Assembly (NCBI GenBank): GCA_028826165.1
Contig: JAPDFW010000137.1
Location: 58,111-122,110, forward strand
Direction: 5' to 3'
Length of the DNA: 64,000 nt
Origin: Anaeramoeba ignava BMAN
Taxonomy: Eukaryota; Protista; Anaeramoebae
Under the pieces are notes generated by a model. That model did no database searches and was not told the origin of the DNA. It saw only the letters and a program-made list of their open reading frames with translations. Positions 13,369 to 24,622 of this stretch are shown here, piece by piece. The translations under genes were made by a program, and so were the position numbers. Numbering within the stretch: the first letter of the stretch is position 1; every line of letters begins with the position of its first letter.

Positions 13369-16300
13369 TTATTTTTTTTTTCTATTTTGATTTTTTCTAT
13401 TATTATTTTTATTTTGATTTTTTCTATTTTGATTTTTATTTTGATTTTTATTTTGATTTTGATTTTGATTTTGATTTTGATTTTGATTTTTATTTTGATT
13501 TTGATTTTTATTTTGATTTTGATTTTGATTTTTATTTTTATTTTGATTTTGATTTTGATTTTGATTTTTTTGTTGTTGTTGTTGTTGTTGTTGTTTTTTC
13601 TTTTTAAGTTCTTCTACAATATGTTTAAATCTTAAAACACAATCTTTCTTTGTTTTTCCAGGAACTAATTCTGCAATTTTATCCCAATTTTTTGGATTAC
13701 TTGGAGGATATAAACTTAAACCTTTTTCAAGTGCTTTATGTTGTTCAATTGTCCATTTTTGAGGATCTGTTGAATTTTCATTTTGATTTTGATTTTGATT
13801 TTGATTTTGATTTTGATTTTCATTTTGATTTTGATTTTCATTTTGATTTTGATTTTGATTTTGATTTTGATTTTGATTTTCAATTTGATTTTGATTTTGA
13901 TTTTCATTTTCATTTTGATTTTCATTTTGATTTTCATTTTGATTTTGATTTTGATTTTCATTTTGATTTTGATTTTCATTTTGATTTTCAATCTCATTTT
14001 GATTTTCATTTTTAATTTCATTTTTAATTTCAATTTCATTTTTAATTTCAATTTCATTTTTAATTTCATTTTTAATTTCATTTCCATTTTTAATTTCATT
14101 TTCATTTTTATCCTTTTTTAAAACTCGATCATAATCAATTGTCAATTCATCTTCTTTATAAACTTTTTTTTTATAAAGTTTTTGCTTTCTTTTATTTTGA
14201 AATAATTTGAATTCATCCATTTCAGGTAATTTTTCTTTTCCAGAACGAATTAAATTAACTTTATGCATAATTTCTTTTGTTGATTTAGTTTTAATTTCAT
14301 TAGATATTAAAGCCCAACGATTTTTAGTTCCTCCAGGATATTTTGTTATTGCTCTTGAAAGAGCAGTAAGTTCATCAATTGTCCATTTTGCATATTGTTT
14401 TGGTTTTGATTGCTTTTGTTTTTTTTTCTCTTCTTCTTCCAATTTTCTTTTTTGTAGTTGTTCTTCTTCTCTTTTTTTAATTATTTGTAATTGATTATCA
14501 TATAATTGTTTAAGATTTTGAACTAATTGATTTTTTTGATTTTTTTGATTTTTTTGATTTTTTTGATTTTTTTGATTTTCTTCATTTTTAACTTCCATTT
14601 CCTTCAACTTTAATAATAAATCTTGTAATTTATCACAAAATTCTGTTAATTCTTCAAATGTTAATTGATTGCATAATTTTTCTATATCAACAGGATCAAA
14701 ATCAAAAGGAAAAATTGAAGAAAACTTCCTTAATTTTGCTTCTTGTTGATTTTTTTTGCGAATTTTTTTTTGGATTTCTTCTTCTTCTTTTTTTAATTGA
14801 TCAATTTTTTTTTGTTCTTCTAATAATTTTTGCTTTTTTTCTTCTTCAATTTGTTTATTAAATTCTTCATGTTTTTTTGCTTTAATTTTTTTGATTTGTT
14901 CTCTTTTCTTTTTTTTTTCTTTTAATTCTTCATCTCTTAATTTTCTAATTCTTGGATCTTTTTGGAAAGCCAATTCTACTAAATTTGCTATTCTTTGATT
15001 TTCTTTGTTTTTTCTTTTTTTTCTTCTTTTTTGGTTTTTACGAATCATCCATCTTTTTTCTTCTCTACTTTCTGCAACTTCAATATCTATAAATTTAATT
15101 TTGATTTTGAATTTGAAATTGATATTGAAATTAAAATTGATTTTGAAATTGATTTCGAAATTGAAATTGAAATTTAAATTGATTTTGAAATTGATTTTGA
15201 ATTTGATTTTGATTTTGAATTTGATTTTGATTTTGAATTTGAATTTGATTTTGAAATTAATTTTGATTTTGAATTTGAAATTTAAATTGAAATTGAAATT
15301 GAAATTTAAATTGAATTTGAATTTGAAATTAATTTTGAATTTGAATTTGAAATTAAAATTAAAATTAAATTTGAAATTGAATTTAAAATTGATTTTGAAA
15401 TTGATTTTGAAATTAATTTTGAAATTAATTTTGAAATTGATTTTGAATTTGAAATTGAAATTGAATTTGATTTTGAAATTGAAATTGAAATTGAAATTGA
15501 AATTGAAATTGAAATTGAATTTGAATTTAAAATTGAAATTAAAATTAAAATTAAATTTGAAATTGAATTTAAAATTGATTTTGAAATTGATTTTGAAATT
15601 AATTTTGAATTTGAAATTGAAATTGAATTTAAATTAAATTTGAATTTGAAATTGAATTTGAATTAAATTGAAAATTATAAATACCATATTCATCTAAATA
15701 AGAAAAATCTCTCCAAGATTTAAAATGAAACCAAAAATTATAAAAATCTTGTAATTCCTCTTTTGAAGCATTTTTAACAAGTCTTGGAACAGGTTTAACA
15801 CTAGACCATTTTGAATTATTCATGAAAATTGGAGCTAAAATAATAAAAAAATTTTCATCATTAATTTCTTCTGTTTTTGGAATTGAATCATCTGTTTCTA
15901 ATGAAGAATCATAAGCTCTTCTTCTATTTTCATTTCCTAAAACTTCCCATGCTTCTTGTATTTCTCGAAATATTTCACATGCTTTTTCTCCTGAAAATTC
16001 ACTTTTATCTGGATGATATTTCAATGCAAGTTTATGATCTAAATTTAAATTTAAAATTTGAATTAAAATTGATTTAAAATTGATTTAAAATTGATTTAAA
16101 ATTGATTTAAAATTGATATAAAATTGATATAAAATTGATATAAAATTGATTTAAAATTGATATAAAATTGATATAAAATTGATTTAAAATTGATTTAAAA
16201 TTGATTTAAAATTAATTTAAAATTGATTTAAAATTGATTTAAAATTGATTTAAAATTGATTTAAAATTGATTTAAAATTGATTTAAAATTGATATAAAAT

Positions 16301-16826
16301 TGATTTAAAATTGATATAAAATTGATTTAAAATTGATTTAAAATTGATATAAAATTGATATAAAATTGATTTAAAATTGATTTAAAATTAATTTAAAATT
16401 GATTTAAATTATACATTTTTTTTTAATTTGTTCAGGTGTTGCTTGCCATTTAAGATGTTGTAAACCCAAAACTGTATAATGATCTCTTTTAAAAAGTTCT
16501 TTTAATCTTTTTTGAGCAAAATTTTCATCTTCATCAAATTCATCATCTTCATCAATTTCTTGATTTTGATTAATTTTATGGTTATTATTAATATCATTAT
16601 CAATAAAATCAACTTGAGTTTTCTTATTTTCAATTTCAAATATTTGTTTCCAATCACAAAGTTGAATTCCAAATAGTTTTTTTTTACGAAAAAAGAAATA
16701 AAATTTTGGAAATTGTGATCCAGCTGGTTCAATTTTTCTGAAACAAGGAAATCCTGATAATTCACTAAAAACTCCCAATTCTTCTTCTTCTTTTCGATTT
16801 CTTAAAAGAAGTATTTTTTTATTCAT
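13369..16826 (-). CDS. DNAJC2: Zuotin/MPP11 ribosome-associated J-protein (J domain, zuotin homology domain, two SANT domains)
   Basis: Exons 16826-16415, 16038-15685 and 15086-13369. Motifs: DHYTVLGL...[46 protein letters not shown], DPRI, and SANT domains KWTIDELTALSRAITKYPGGTKNRW and KWTIEQHKALE...WDKIAELVPGKTKKDC. Confidence 0.93.
15090..16410. repeat. Intronic microsatellites of DNAJC2: mixed TTGAAA/TTGAAT/TTGATT hexamers (15090-15670) and an 11-bp AAAATTGATTT repeat (16064-16408); exon 2 lies between them
   Basis: Direct reading of the sequence. Confidence 0.9.
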
Positions 16827-17077
16827 TTTTTGTTTTTGATAAAAAATGAAAAAATGAAAAAAATGAAAAAAATGAAAAAAATTTTTTTTCAATTTTTTAA
16901 AAAAAAATAACAAGATAAATTTTGATATTGAATATTTTTCTTTTTCTTTTTCTTCTTCTTCTTTTTTTAAGTTAATTTAAGTTAATGTTATTTTGTTGTT
17001 ATTTTTAGTTTTTTGTTCTAATAAAAAAAATAATAAAAAAATTAATAAATTAATAAAAATTATTAAAAATAAATTAA

Positions 17078-18326
17078 TTACGTTTCATCTAATAAACGCA
17101 TTTCAGTTGTTTTTGCATTTTTTTGTGTTTTTGGTCTCATTCCATATGCTTGAATATATGCAGGAATAAGTTCTGGAATAAAATAACCAAGAAATAAAAA
17201 CAACTTGAAAAGAAAAAATTTAAACGGAAGAAAAAAATTTTTTTTTGCTTATTAAAAAAAAAGTGGAATTTTTTTGCTTTTTTTTTTTTACCCAAGAATT
17301 CATATCTTTTTCCGATATTGGATGATAAAGAAACATTGCAACTTTTAATAAGAAACAAATAGAAACAAATAATGTAAGAAAAAAAGCTTTTGTCATATAT
17401 TTTTTGCGACTTAATACTAAGTCAGGTAATTTCTAAAAATGAATTTAAAATTTAATATTTGAATATTTTTTAAAGAAAAAAGAAAAACAAACTTTAAATT
17501 TTCGAAGTAAAACAATTCCATAAACCATAAATGAAATTGAAACAACAAAAAAAGCAGCTGCAACAATAACTGAATTAACTTGATAAAATGAATTTGAATA
17601 ATCTGGATCTGCAACGCTTGTTGAGAAAATAATAATAGATATTATTGTAAAGAGATAAAAAACAAAATTTGCTACTATAAGTGGAATTTTGATTGAATTT
17701 GGTGTTTTGTCATTATGTTGCAATCCTTTCGCAATTTTACTCCTATTTATTTAAACATTATTTAAATTTGATTTTGAATTTTGAATTTGATTTTTATTTT
17801 GATTTTTATTTTGATATTGATTTTAATTTAAATTTGAATTTGATTTTGAATTTGAATTTTGATATTAAAAAATACCAAAAAAAAAGTAATAAAGTAAATG
17901 AAGTGAAAAATGATAAATAAGCAATCCTTTTAACAATAAAAACTGAAAGTTTATATTTCTCAAAAGAAGTTTCTAATCCAGTTGCAATAATTCTAGCTAA
18001 AAATTTTAAAATAAAAATAAAATTTTAAAATAAAAATAAAATTTAAAATAAAATAAAATTTAAAATAAACCAATTGCGAATATAATTGATAAAACATGAA
18101 ATCTAAGTTGTAAATTATAAAAAAGTTGCAAATCTCGATAAAATATTAATCTAATAATTTGAATCTTTATTATTAAAAAAAAATTAATTTATCATCAAAT
18201 TGTTTTTTGATTTTTGATTTTTGATTTTTGATTTTTTTTTTCTTTTAAAATAATTTAATTTACTAAAAGAAACACAAATAAAATTGAATAAAAAGTAATT
18301 TCAACAGTAAATTGAGCAACATGCAT
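17078..18326 (-). CDS. THH1/TOM1/GPR137-like multi-pass (7TM) membrane protein, paralog A (6 exons)
   Basis: Spliced product MHVAQFTVEITFYSILFVFLLIQIIRL...RFHVLSIIFAIAR...IAYLSFFTSFTLLLFFWSKI...FMVYGIVL...YFIPELIPAY...LLDET*. FFTSFTLLLFFW resembles TOM1 FFSTYTLLVLFW. All five introns are GT-AG. Confidence 0.7.
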
Positions 18327-18575
18327 TTTTTTTTTGTAATTAAATGAATGAGGAAAAAAAATGAAAAATTAAAAAAATAATAAAAAAATTTGGTTTTTTA
18401 TTTGTTTAAAAAAAGAAAAATTAACAAAAAGAAATTTGGTTTTTGTTGTTTTAAAATAATTTAATTTAATAAAAATTAATCAATTGATTTGATTATTATG
18501 TTGAATTCTAAAATAAAATTAAATAGAAAAAAATTAATTTAAATTTTGAATTGAATTGAATCAAATTAAAAAAAT

Positions 18576-19807
18576 TTACTCAGTTTCTAATAAATGCATT
18601 TCTATTGGTTCCATCACTTTTTGTGATTTAGGACCCATAATAATTGATTGAATAAATGCAGGAATAAGTTCTGGAATAACATATCCAATAAATATAAATA
18701 ACTTTAAAAGTGAAAGAAATAAAAAAAATTTTTTTTTTTTGCTTATTAAAAAAAAGTGGAATTCCATATTTTTTTTTGCTTTTTTTTTTTACCATATCAT
18801 TGAATTTTTTTTGAGTTATTGGATAACAAAGAAAAACTGCAAATTTTAATAAAAAGCAAAGTGAAATGAATAATGATAAAAATGTAGTTTTTTTCAAATA
18901 TCTTTTTCGATTTAAAAGTGTTTGAAACATTTTCTAAAAAAAATGAATTTAAAATTTAAAATTTAAAATTTAAAATTTAAAATTTGAATATTTTTTAAAG
19001 AAAAAAGAAAAACAAACTTTAAATTTTCGAATTAAAACAATTCCATAAATCATAAATGAAATTGAAACAATAAAAAAAGCAGCTGCAACAATAGATGAGT
19101 TAACTTGATAAAATTTACTTGAATAATCTGGTTCTTGAATATGTGTCGAGAAAATAAAGATTGATATAAGTGTAAATAGATAAAAAACAATATTTGTAAT
19201 AACAAGTGGGATTTTGACTGAATTTGGAGTTTTATCATTATGTTGTAATCCTTTCGCAATTTTGATCCTTTTTTTAATTTAATTCAATTTAATTTAATTT
19301 TATTTAATTTAATTTAATTCAATTTAATTTAATAAAAAAAATTTAATTCGAAACTTCAATTTATAAAAAATACCAAAAAGTAATAAAGTAAATGAAGTGA
19401 AAAATGATAAATAAGCAATCCTTTTAACAATAAAAATCTCAAGTTTACGAGCTTTTAAAAAATTTTCTAAAAAAGTTACAATAATTCTAGCTTTAATTTT
19501 TAAATTAAAAAAGGAATATTAAAATAAAAAATTTTTATTTGTTTATAAATTTAAAAATAAACCAATTGCGAATATAATTGATAAAACATGAAATTTAAGT
19601 TGTAAATTATAAAAAAGTTGAATTTCACGATAAATTTTTAATCTAATAATTTGAATCTTTTAAATTAATAAAAAAAATAAGTCAAAAAAATTTTTTCGTT
19701 TTTGTTTTTCGTTTTTCGTTTTTTTTTAAAATAATTCAATTTACAAAAAGGAACACAAATAAAACTGAATAAAAAGAAATTTCAACCCAAAATTCTGCTT
19801 TAACCAT
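18576..19807 (-). CDS. THH1/TOM1/GPR137-like 7TM protein, paralog B (tandem duplicate with the same 6-exon structure)
   Basis: MVKAEFWVEISFYSVLFVFLF...IAYLSFFTSFTLLLF...YVIPELIPAF...MHLLETE*. Intron positions are identical to paralog A. Confidence 0.7.
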
Positions 19808-19899
19808 TAATTAAATAAATAAATTAAAAAGAAGAAGATAAAAAAAAAAATAAAAAAATGAGTTTTTTCAATTAAAAAAATATTTTTTTTTGAACTTTT

Positions 19900-19931
19900 T
19901 TTTTTCATTTTTTTTTTCATTTTTTTCATTT
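19900..19931 (+). promoter_or_regulatory. Triple initiator-like TCATTT motif in a T-rich tract upstream of the Abraxas ATG
   Basis: TTTTTCATTT occurs three times about 15-40 nt before ATG 19942. The same motif precedes most genes in the window. Confidence 0.5.
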
Positions 19932-19941
19932 AAAATTTTCA

Positions 19942-20833
19942 ATGGAAGGTCAACTTTTAATTTCAGGACCAACTTTTGCATCTCTTTGTTATGATATTGC
20001 ACGTTCGGAAAGGGATATTAAAGGGATTTTTTTTGGAAGATCAAAACAAAGTATTGTCGTTACTATTGAAGATACTCATAAAGAACAGGAGCAAATAATC
20101 AACACAACGAGTAAGACAAAAACTAAAAAAAATCAACCACAAAAAAACCAAGAGACAAAATATTGAATCAAAAATGATGATAAAAGTTATCCAAAGTTTT
20201 GTTCTCTTTGGAAAAAACCAGAAAAATAGTTCGTTTGTTTCGAACGATTCCAAAATAGATCGGAAAATGATACAGGACATTATAAACTCGAAGCAGAAGA
20301 ACCAAGAGATAATGCTTGGATGGTTTAGTTTTCGCAGGAACACGGTGTTAAGACCATCAATCAAAGAGATATTTATCCATCAGCAAATTAGTGATTTTTT
20401 AATAAAAGAACAAAAGCTTCCAATTTTGCCCATTTTCGCAATTATGAATGAATATCTGAGCGCTCAGAAATCAACCGTTTCTTTTGATTATCGATTTTTG
20501 GTTTTTGATCAAAAGGTGAAAAATTATTTGCCAGTTCAAATTGAAGTTCTTAATTTAAAAGAAACGACAAGTGAAGAATATTCGCAATTTTCTTCAGTTA
20601 CTTCTTTTTCTGGTTTATCTCAATTACATCCTTTTTCTGCAATTTCTCAAAATGTTGATAAGAAAAAAGGTGTTTCTGTTTTTATTGATCCAACTCCTCC
20701 TAATTTTACTCATAATGTTGAGAAATTATTTATTCAAACTTGTGACCAAATGAATGAAATTATTACTGAATATGAAAAAAAAGTTCGAGATATTAAAAAA
20801 ATTCAGAATCAAATTGATAAATTAAAGAAATGA
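19942..20833 (+). CDS. Abraxas/ABRO1 (FAM175)-like inactive MPN domain plus coiled coil (BRISC/BRCA1-A scaffold)
   Basis: Intron 20111-20186. LLISGPTFASLCY...DIKGIFFG...LGWFSFRRNTVLRPSIKEIFIH resembles Abraxas VLSGFVLGAL...EGFLLG...VGWYKFRRHS...RERLLH. C-terminal coiled coil. Confidence 0.8.
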
Positions 20834-20884
20834 AATTGAAATTAAATCAAAAATTTTTTTCTTTCATTTTTTAATAAGTAAGAA

Positions 20885-21410
20885 CCAAAAAAAAATATTC
20901 CAAATATAAATAAAAAACAATTTAAAAATAATCAATCAATCAAATTTCTTTTTATTTTCTTTTCAAAATTCAAAATTCAAAATTCAAAAATGGAAAATGA
21001 AATTAAATCAAAAAAAAATATTCTAAATATAAATAAAAAACAATTTAAAAATAATCAATCAATCAAACAAATTTCTTTTTATTTTCTTTTCAAAATTCAA
21101 AATTCAAAATTCAAAATTGGAAAATGAAATTAAATCAAAAAAAAATATTCCAAATATAAATAAAGAATAATTTAAAAATAATCAATCAATCAAACAAATT
21201 TCTTTTTATTTTCTTTTCAAAATTCAAAAGTGGAAAGTGGAAAGTGAAATTAAATCAAAAAAAATATTCTAAATATAAATAAAAATTAATTTAAAAATAA
21301 TCAATCAATCAATCAAACAAATTTCTTTTTATTTTCTTTTCAAAATTCAAAATTCAAAATTCAAAATTCAAAATTGGAAAGTGGAAAATGAAATTAAATC
21401 AAAAAAATAT
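20885..21410. repeat. Four tandem copies of a ~120-140 bp intergenic unit
   Basis: Unit AAATATTC(C/T)AAATATAAATAAA...AATCAATCAATCAAA...TTTCTTTTTATTTTCTTTTCAAAATTC...GGAAAATGAAATTAAATC. Confidence 0.9.
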
Positions 21411-21857
21411 TCTCCTTTTTTCTTTTTCTCCATTTTTTTTAATAAACAAAAAATAAGAAAAAAATTTTTTTCATTTTTCTTCTCAATTTCTTTTCTTTTT
21501 CTTTTTAATTCTTTTTCAATTTCTTTTTAAATTCTTTTTAATTTCTTTTTTAATTTCTTTTTAATTTCTTTTTAAATTCTTTTCTTCTTTTATTTTTCTC
21601 GTTATTTCTACATAATTAATAAGTAAGTAAGAACAAAAAAAAAATAAATTAAAATTGATTTAAATTAAAATTCCCAATTAAAAATATAAATAAAATCTAA
21701 ATCAAATTTAATTAAAAATATAAATGAAATTGAATATAATTATTGTGAAATTTAAAAATAAAAAAATTTAATTAAAACATTTGGGAACAATTTAAATAAA
21801 AAAAAAAATAAAAATAAATAAAAATAAAAAATAAAAAATAAAAAATAGCAAAAAAAA

Positions 21858-24339
21858 ATGGGATTTGCTTTCTATTTCTTTCTTTCTTTTTCTCTTGTTT
21901 TTTCTTTAATTCAATCTCAAGTTCAAATTAATCAAAATATGACATTACCAGCTTCAAGAGGTTCTGGATTAGTTTCTTTTGTGGATACTGAAGATGGATT
22001 TGTTTATTTTGTGGAATATACTGCTACTTCAAGATTAGTTAAATATAATCAAACAACTTTGAAAGTTCTTGATTTTCTTGATTTGGGAATTGGATATCCA
22101 GCATCTGCAGGTTTTGATAACGTTAATAAACTACTATATATTCCTTCATATTCAAATCCAAATTATGTAGTTAAAGTTAATTTGACAGAATTCAAAAGTT
22201 CTTGAAAAAATCCAATTATCAACAAATAGTTATGGAATTTGGAGAACTGAAATTGATATTATAAATCAAATGGTTTATTTTGGAACTGACTCACCATCTT
22301 ATTTAGTGAAAGTAGATTGTGAATCATTTGAAGAAGTTGGAAAAATAACACTTCCAAACGATTTAATTTATGGTTCTGTAATTGATGTTTCAGATGGAAA
22401 TCTTTATGTAGCAACTGAATCAAATTCAGCAGATAATCCAATAATTCATAAAATTGCATTATCATCATTTTCAATAATTGCTAATCTTACTTTAAATCCA
22501 ACAACAGATAATAAACCAAGTATTGGAGATGCTGATTTTGAAGCAGGATTCATTTATTTTTCAAGTTATACTGCCCCAATTCATATTGTGAAAATTCAAA
22601 TATCAACTTTTACAAAAATTGATACATTAAATTTAGATACTCAAGAAAATTATACAAGAGGATCTGTGATTGATTCAACAAATCATATAGGTTATTTTTT
22701 AACCAATACTTTTCCAGTTTATCTTGTTCGAGTTAATTTAACAACTTTTCTAAGAATTGATTCAATAAGTTTCAATATAAATGGAGCTTATATCATGTGT
22801 GGAGATTTAGAACTTAATAAAATTTATGCTTTTTTAGTATCTGCATCTACTGGAATTGCCAATTTAGAACCTTTTGAAGTTGATAGTATTGTGAAAGATC
22901 CTTATTTTTGTTATGCAAGACGTATTTTAATTGATGAACCAAATCAAATTGCTTATATTTTATTTGGTGAAGTTCGTAATCCAATTGCCAAAGTTGATCT
23001 CCAAACATTTGAATTAGTTGATTTCTTAATTTTGAATATGAGTGGTAATAGTCTTAATTATGGAGAAATTGATTCAACAAATGGATTTATTTACGCCACT
23101 TCAAATCACAATTTTTCAATAATTAAAATAAGATTATCAAATTTTACATTTGATTCAATAACAGATTATAGTTTATATTCAACAGTTTATGCAACAACTT
23201 TTGATGAAGAAACTTCTATACTTTATGTTGGAATTTATAATAGTACAAGTACAAATCACACAATTTTCAAATTTTCAACACCTGATTTGACAATTATTGA
23301 TAGCTTTGATTTTACAGTAGCTCATATCTATTATTTGTATAAGTTGATTGTTGATTCTCCAAATGAATTTATTTATATTTGGTTTTATAATAACAGTGGA
23401 GATGCAAGATATTTCCTTGAAAAGTATAATATTACAAATTTCAATAGAATTGATGGAACTAATTTAACAAATTGGGATGTAGAAACAATGATTTTTGATA
23501 AAACTCATCAATACATTTATTTTGGAACTGATTCAGGCAATTCAGGATATTCAAACAAATTAGAAAACATTGAAACAACAGCATATTATGCTGAAATTTG
23601 CCGAATTGATTTAACAAATATGGCAATTCCAGAATGTAATGAAATTGGAGGAATTTATAATTTTTTCACATCATTTATTGAATCAACAAATTCATGGATA
23701 TTTTTCATGACAACATGGCTTAATTCAGAAACAGGATTAAATGAAACCAAAGTTATTGAAATTGATTCAGTTTTAAATCAATTAATTTCTAATACTTCAT
23801 TTGATTATGTTTTTGATAGATTTATTGGAAAATTTGATTCATCACAAAATTATGAATATGGAGCTTCTTATTATGCTGATCCAACTGAAATTTTACAACT
23901 TTCTGTTCCAACACCAACACCAACACCAACACCAACACCAACACCAACACCAACACCAACTCCAACTCCAACACCAACTCCAACTCCAACACCAACTCCA
24001 ACTCCAACACCAACTCCAACACCAACTCCAACTCCAACTCCAACTCCAACTCCAACTCCAACTCCAACTCCAACTCCAACTCCAACTCCAACTCCAACTC
24101 CAACTCCAACTCCAACTCCAACTCCAACTCCAACTCCAACTCCAACTCCAACCCAAGGTGAAAGTAATTCTTCAAATACTGCTATAGTTGCTGTTGCAAT
24201 TGTTATTCCTGTTGTTGTAATTGCTGGTGTTATTATTTTTATCATTTTGTTGAAGAAACATAAAAACAAAAAAATTAAAGAAGTTGTTCAAAAAGGAGAA
24301 CAAGAAGTTACAGACAAAGATGGAATTCAAATCATTTAA
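21858..24339 (+). CDS. Type I cell-surface protein: signal peptide, beta-propeller-like repeats, (PT)41 stalk, TM helix, short tail; one apparent +1 frameshift near 22197
   Basis: Repeated G-x-I-D-x3-G-F-x-Y-F blades. Removing one A from TTCAAAAGTT gives [27 protein letters not shown], in frame with the 22270 ORF. TM helix [24 protein letters not shown] is followed by KKHKNKK. Confidence 0.8.
23908..24153 (+). repeat. Coding hexamer repeat CCAAC(A/T) encoding (Pro-Thr)41
   Basis: ACA codons at the 5' end grade into pure ACT codons at the 3' end. Confidence 0.97.
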
Positions 24340-24622
24340 AAAACAAACCAAACAATCAATCAATCAAACAAAATCTTTTCTTTGATTTTCTTTTTTCATT
24401 TCTTTTTTCATTTCTTTTTTCATTTCTTTTTTCATTTCTTTTCAAAATCAAATCTAATTCAAAATTCAAATCCAAAAATTAAATTCAAAATTAATTCAAA
24501 TCCAAAAATTAAATTCAAAAAATTAATTCAAAATTCAAATCCAAAAAATTAATTCAAAATTCAAATCCAAAAAATTTTTTCATTTTTTTTCTTTCATTTT
24601 TTTTTTCAATTTAAAATTTAAA

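Noticed and set aside
23908-24153. Telomere-like (CCAACT)n, and (TTTAGA)n at about 34170-34230
   Set aside because: The first encodes the in-frame PT stalk. The second is a variant within an intronic TTTATA array.
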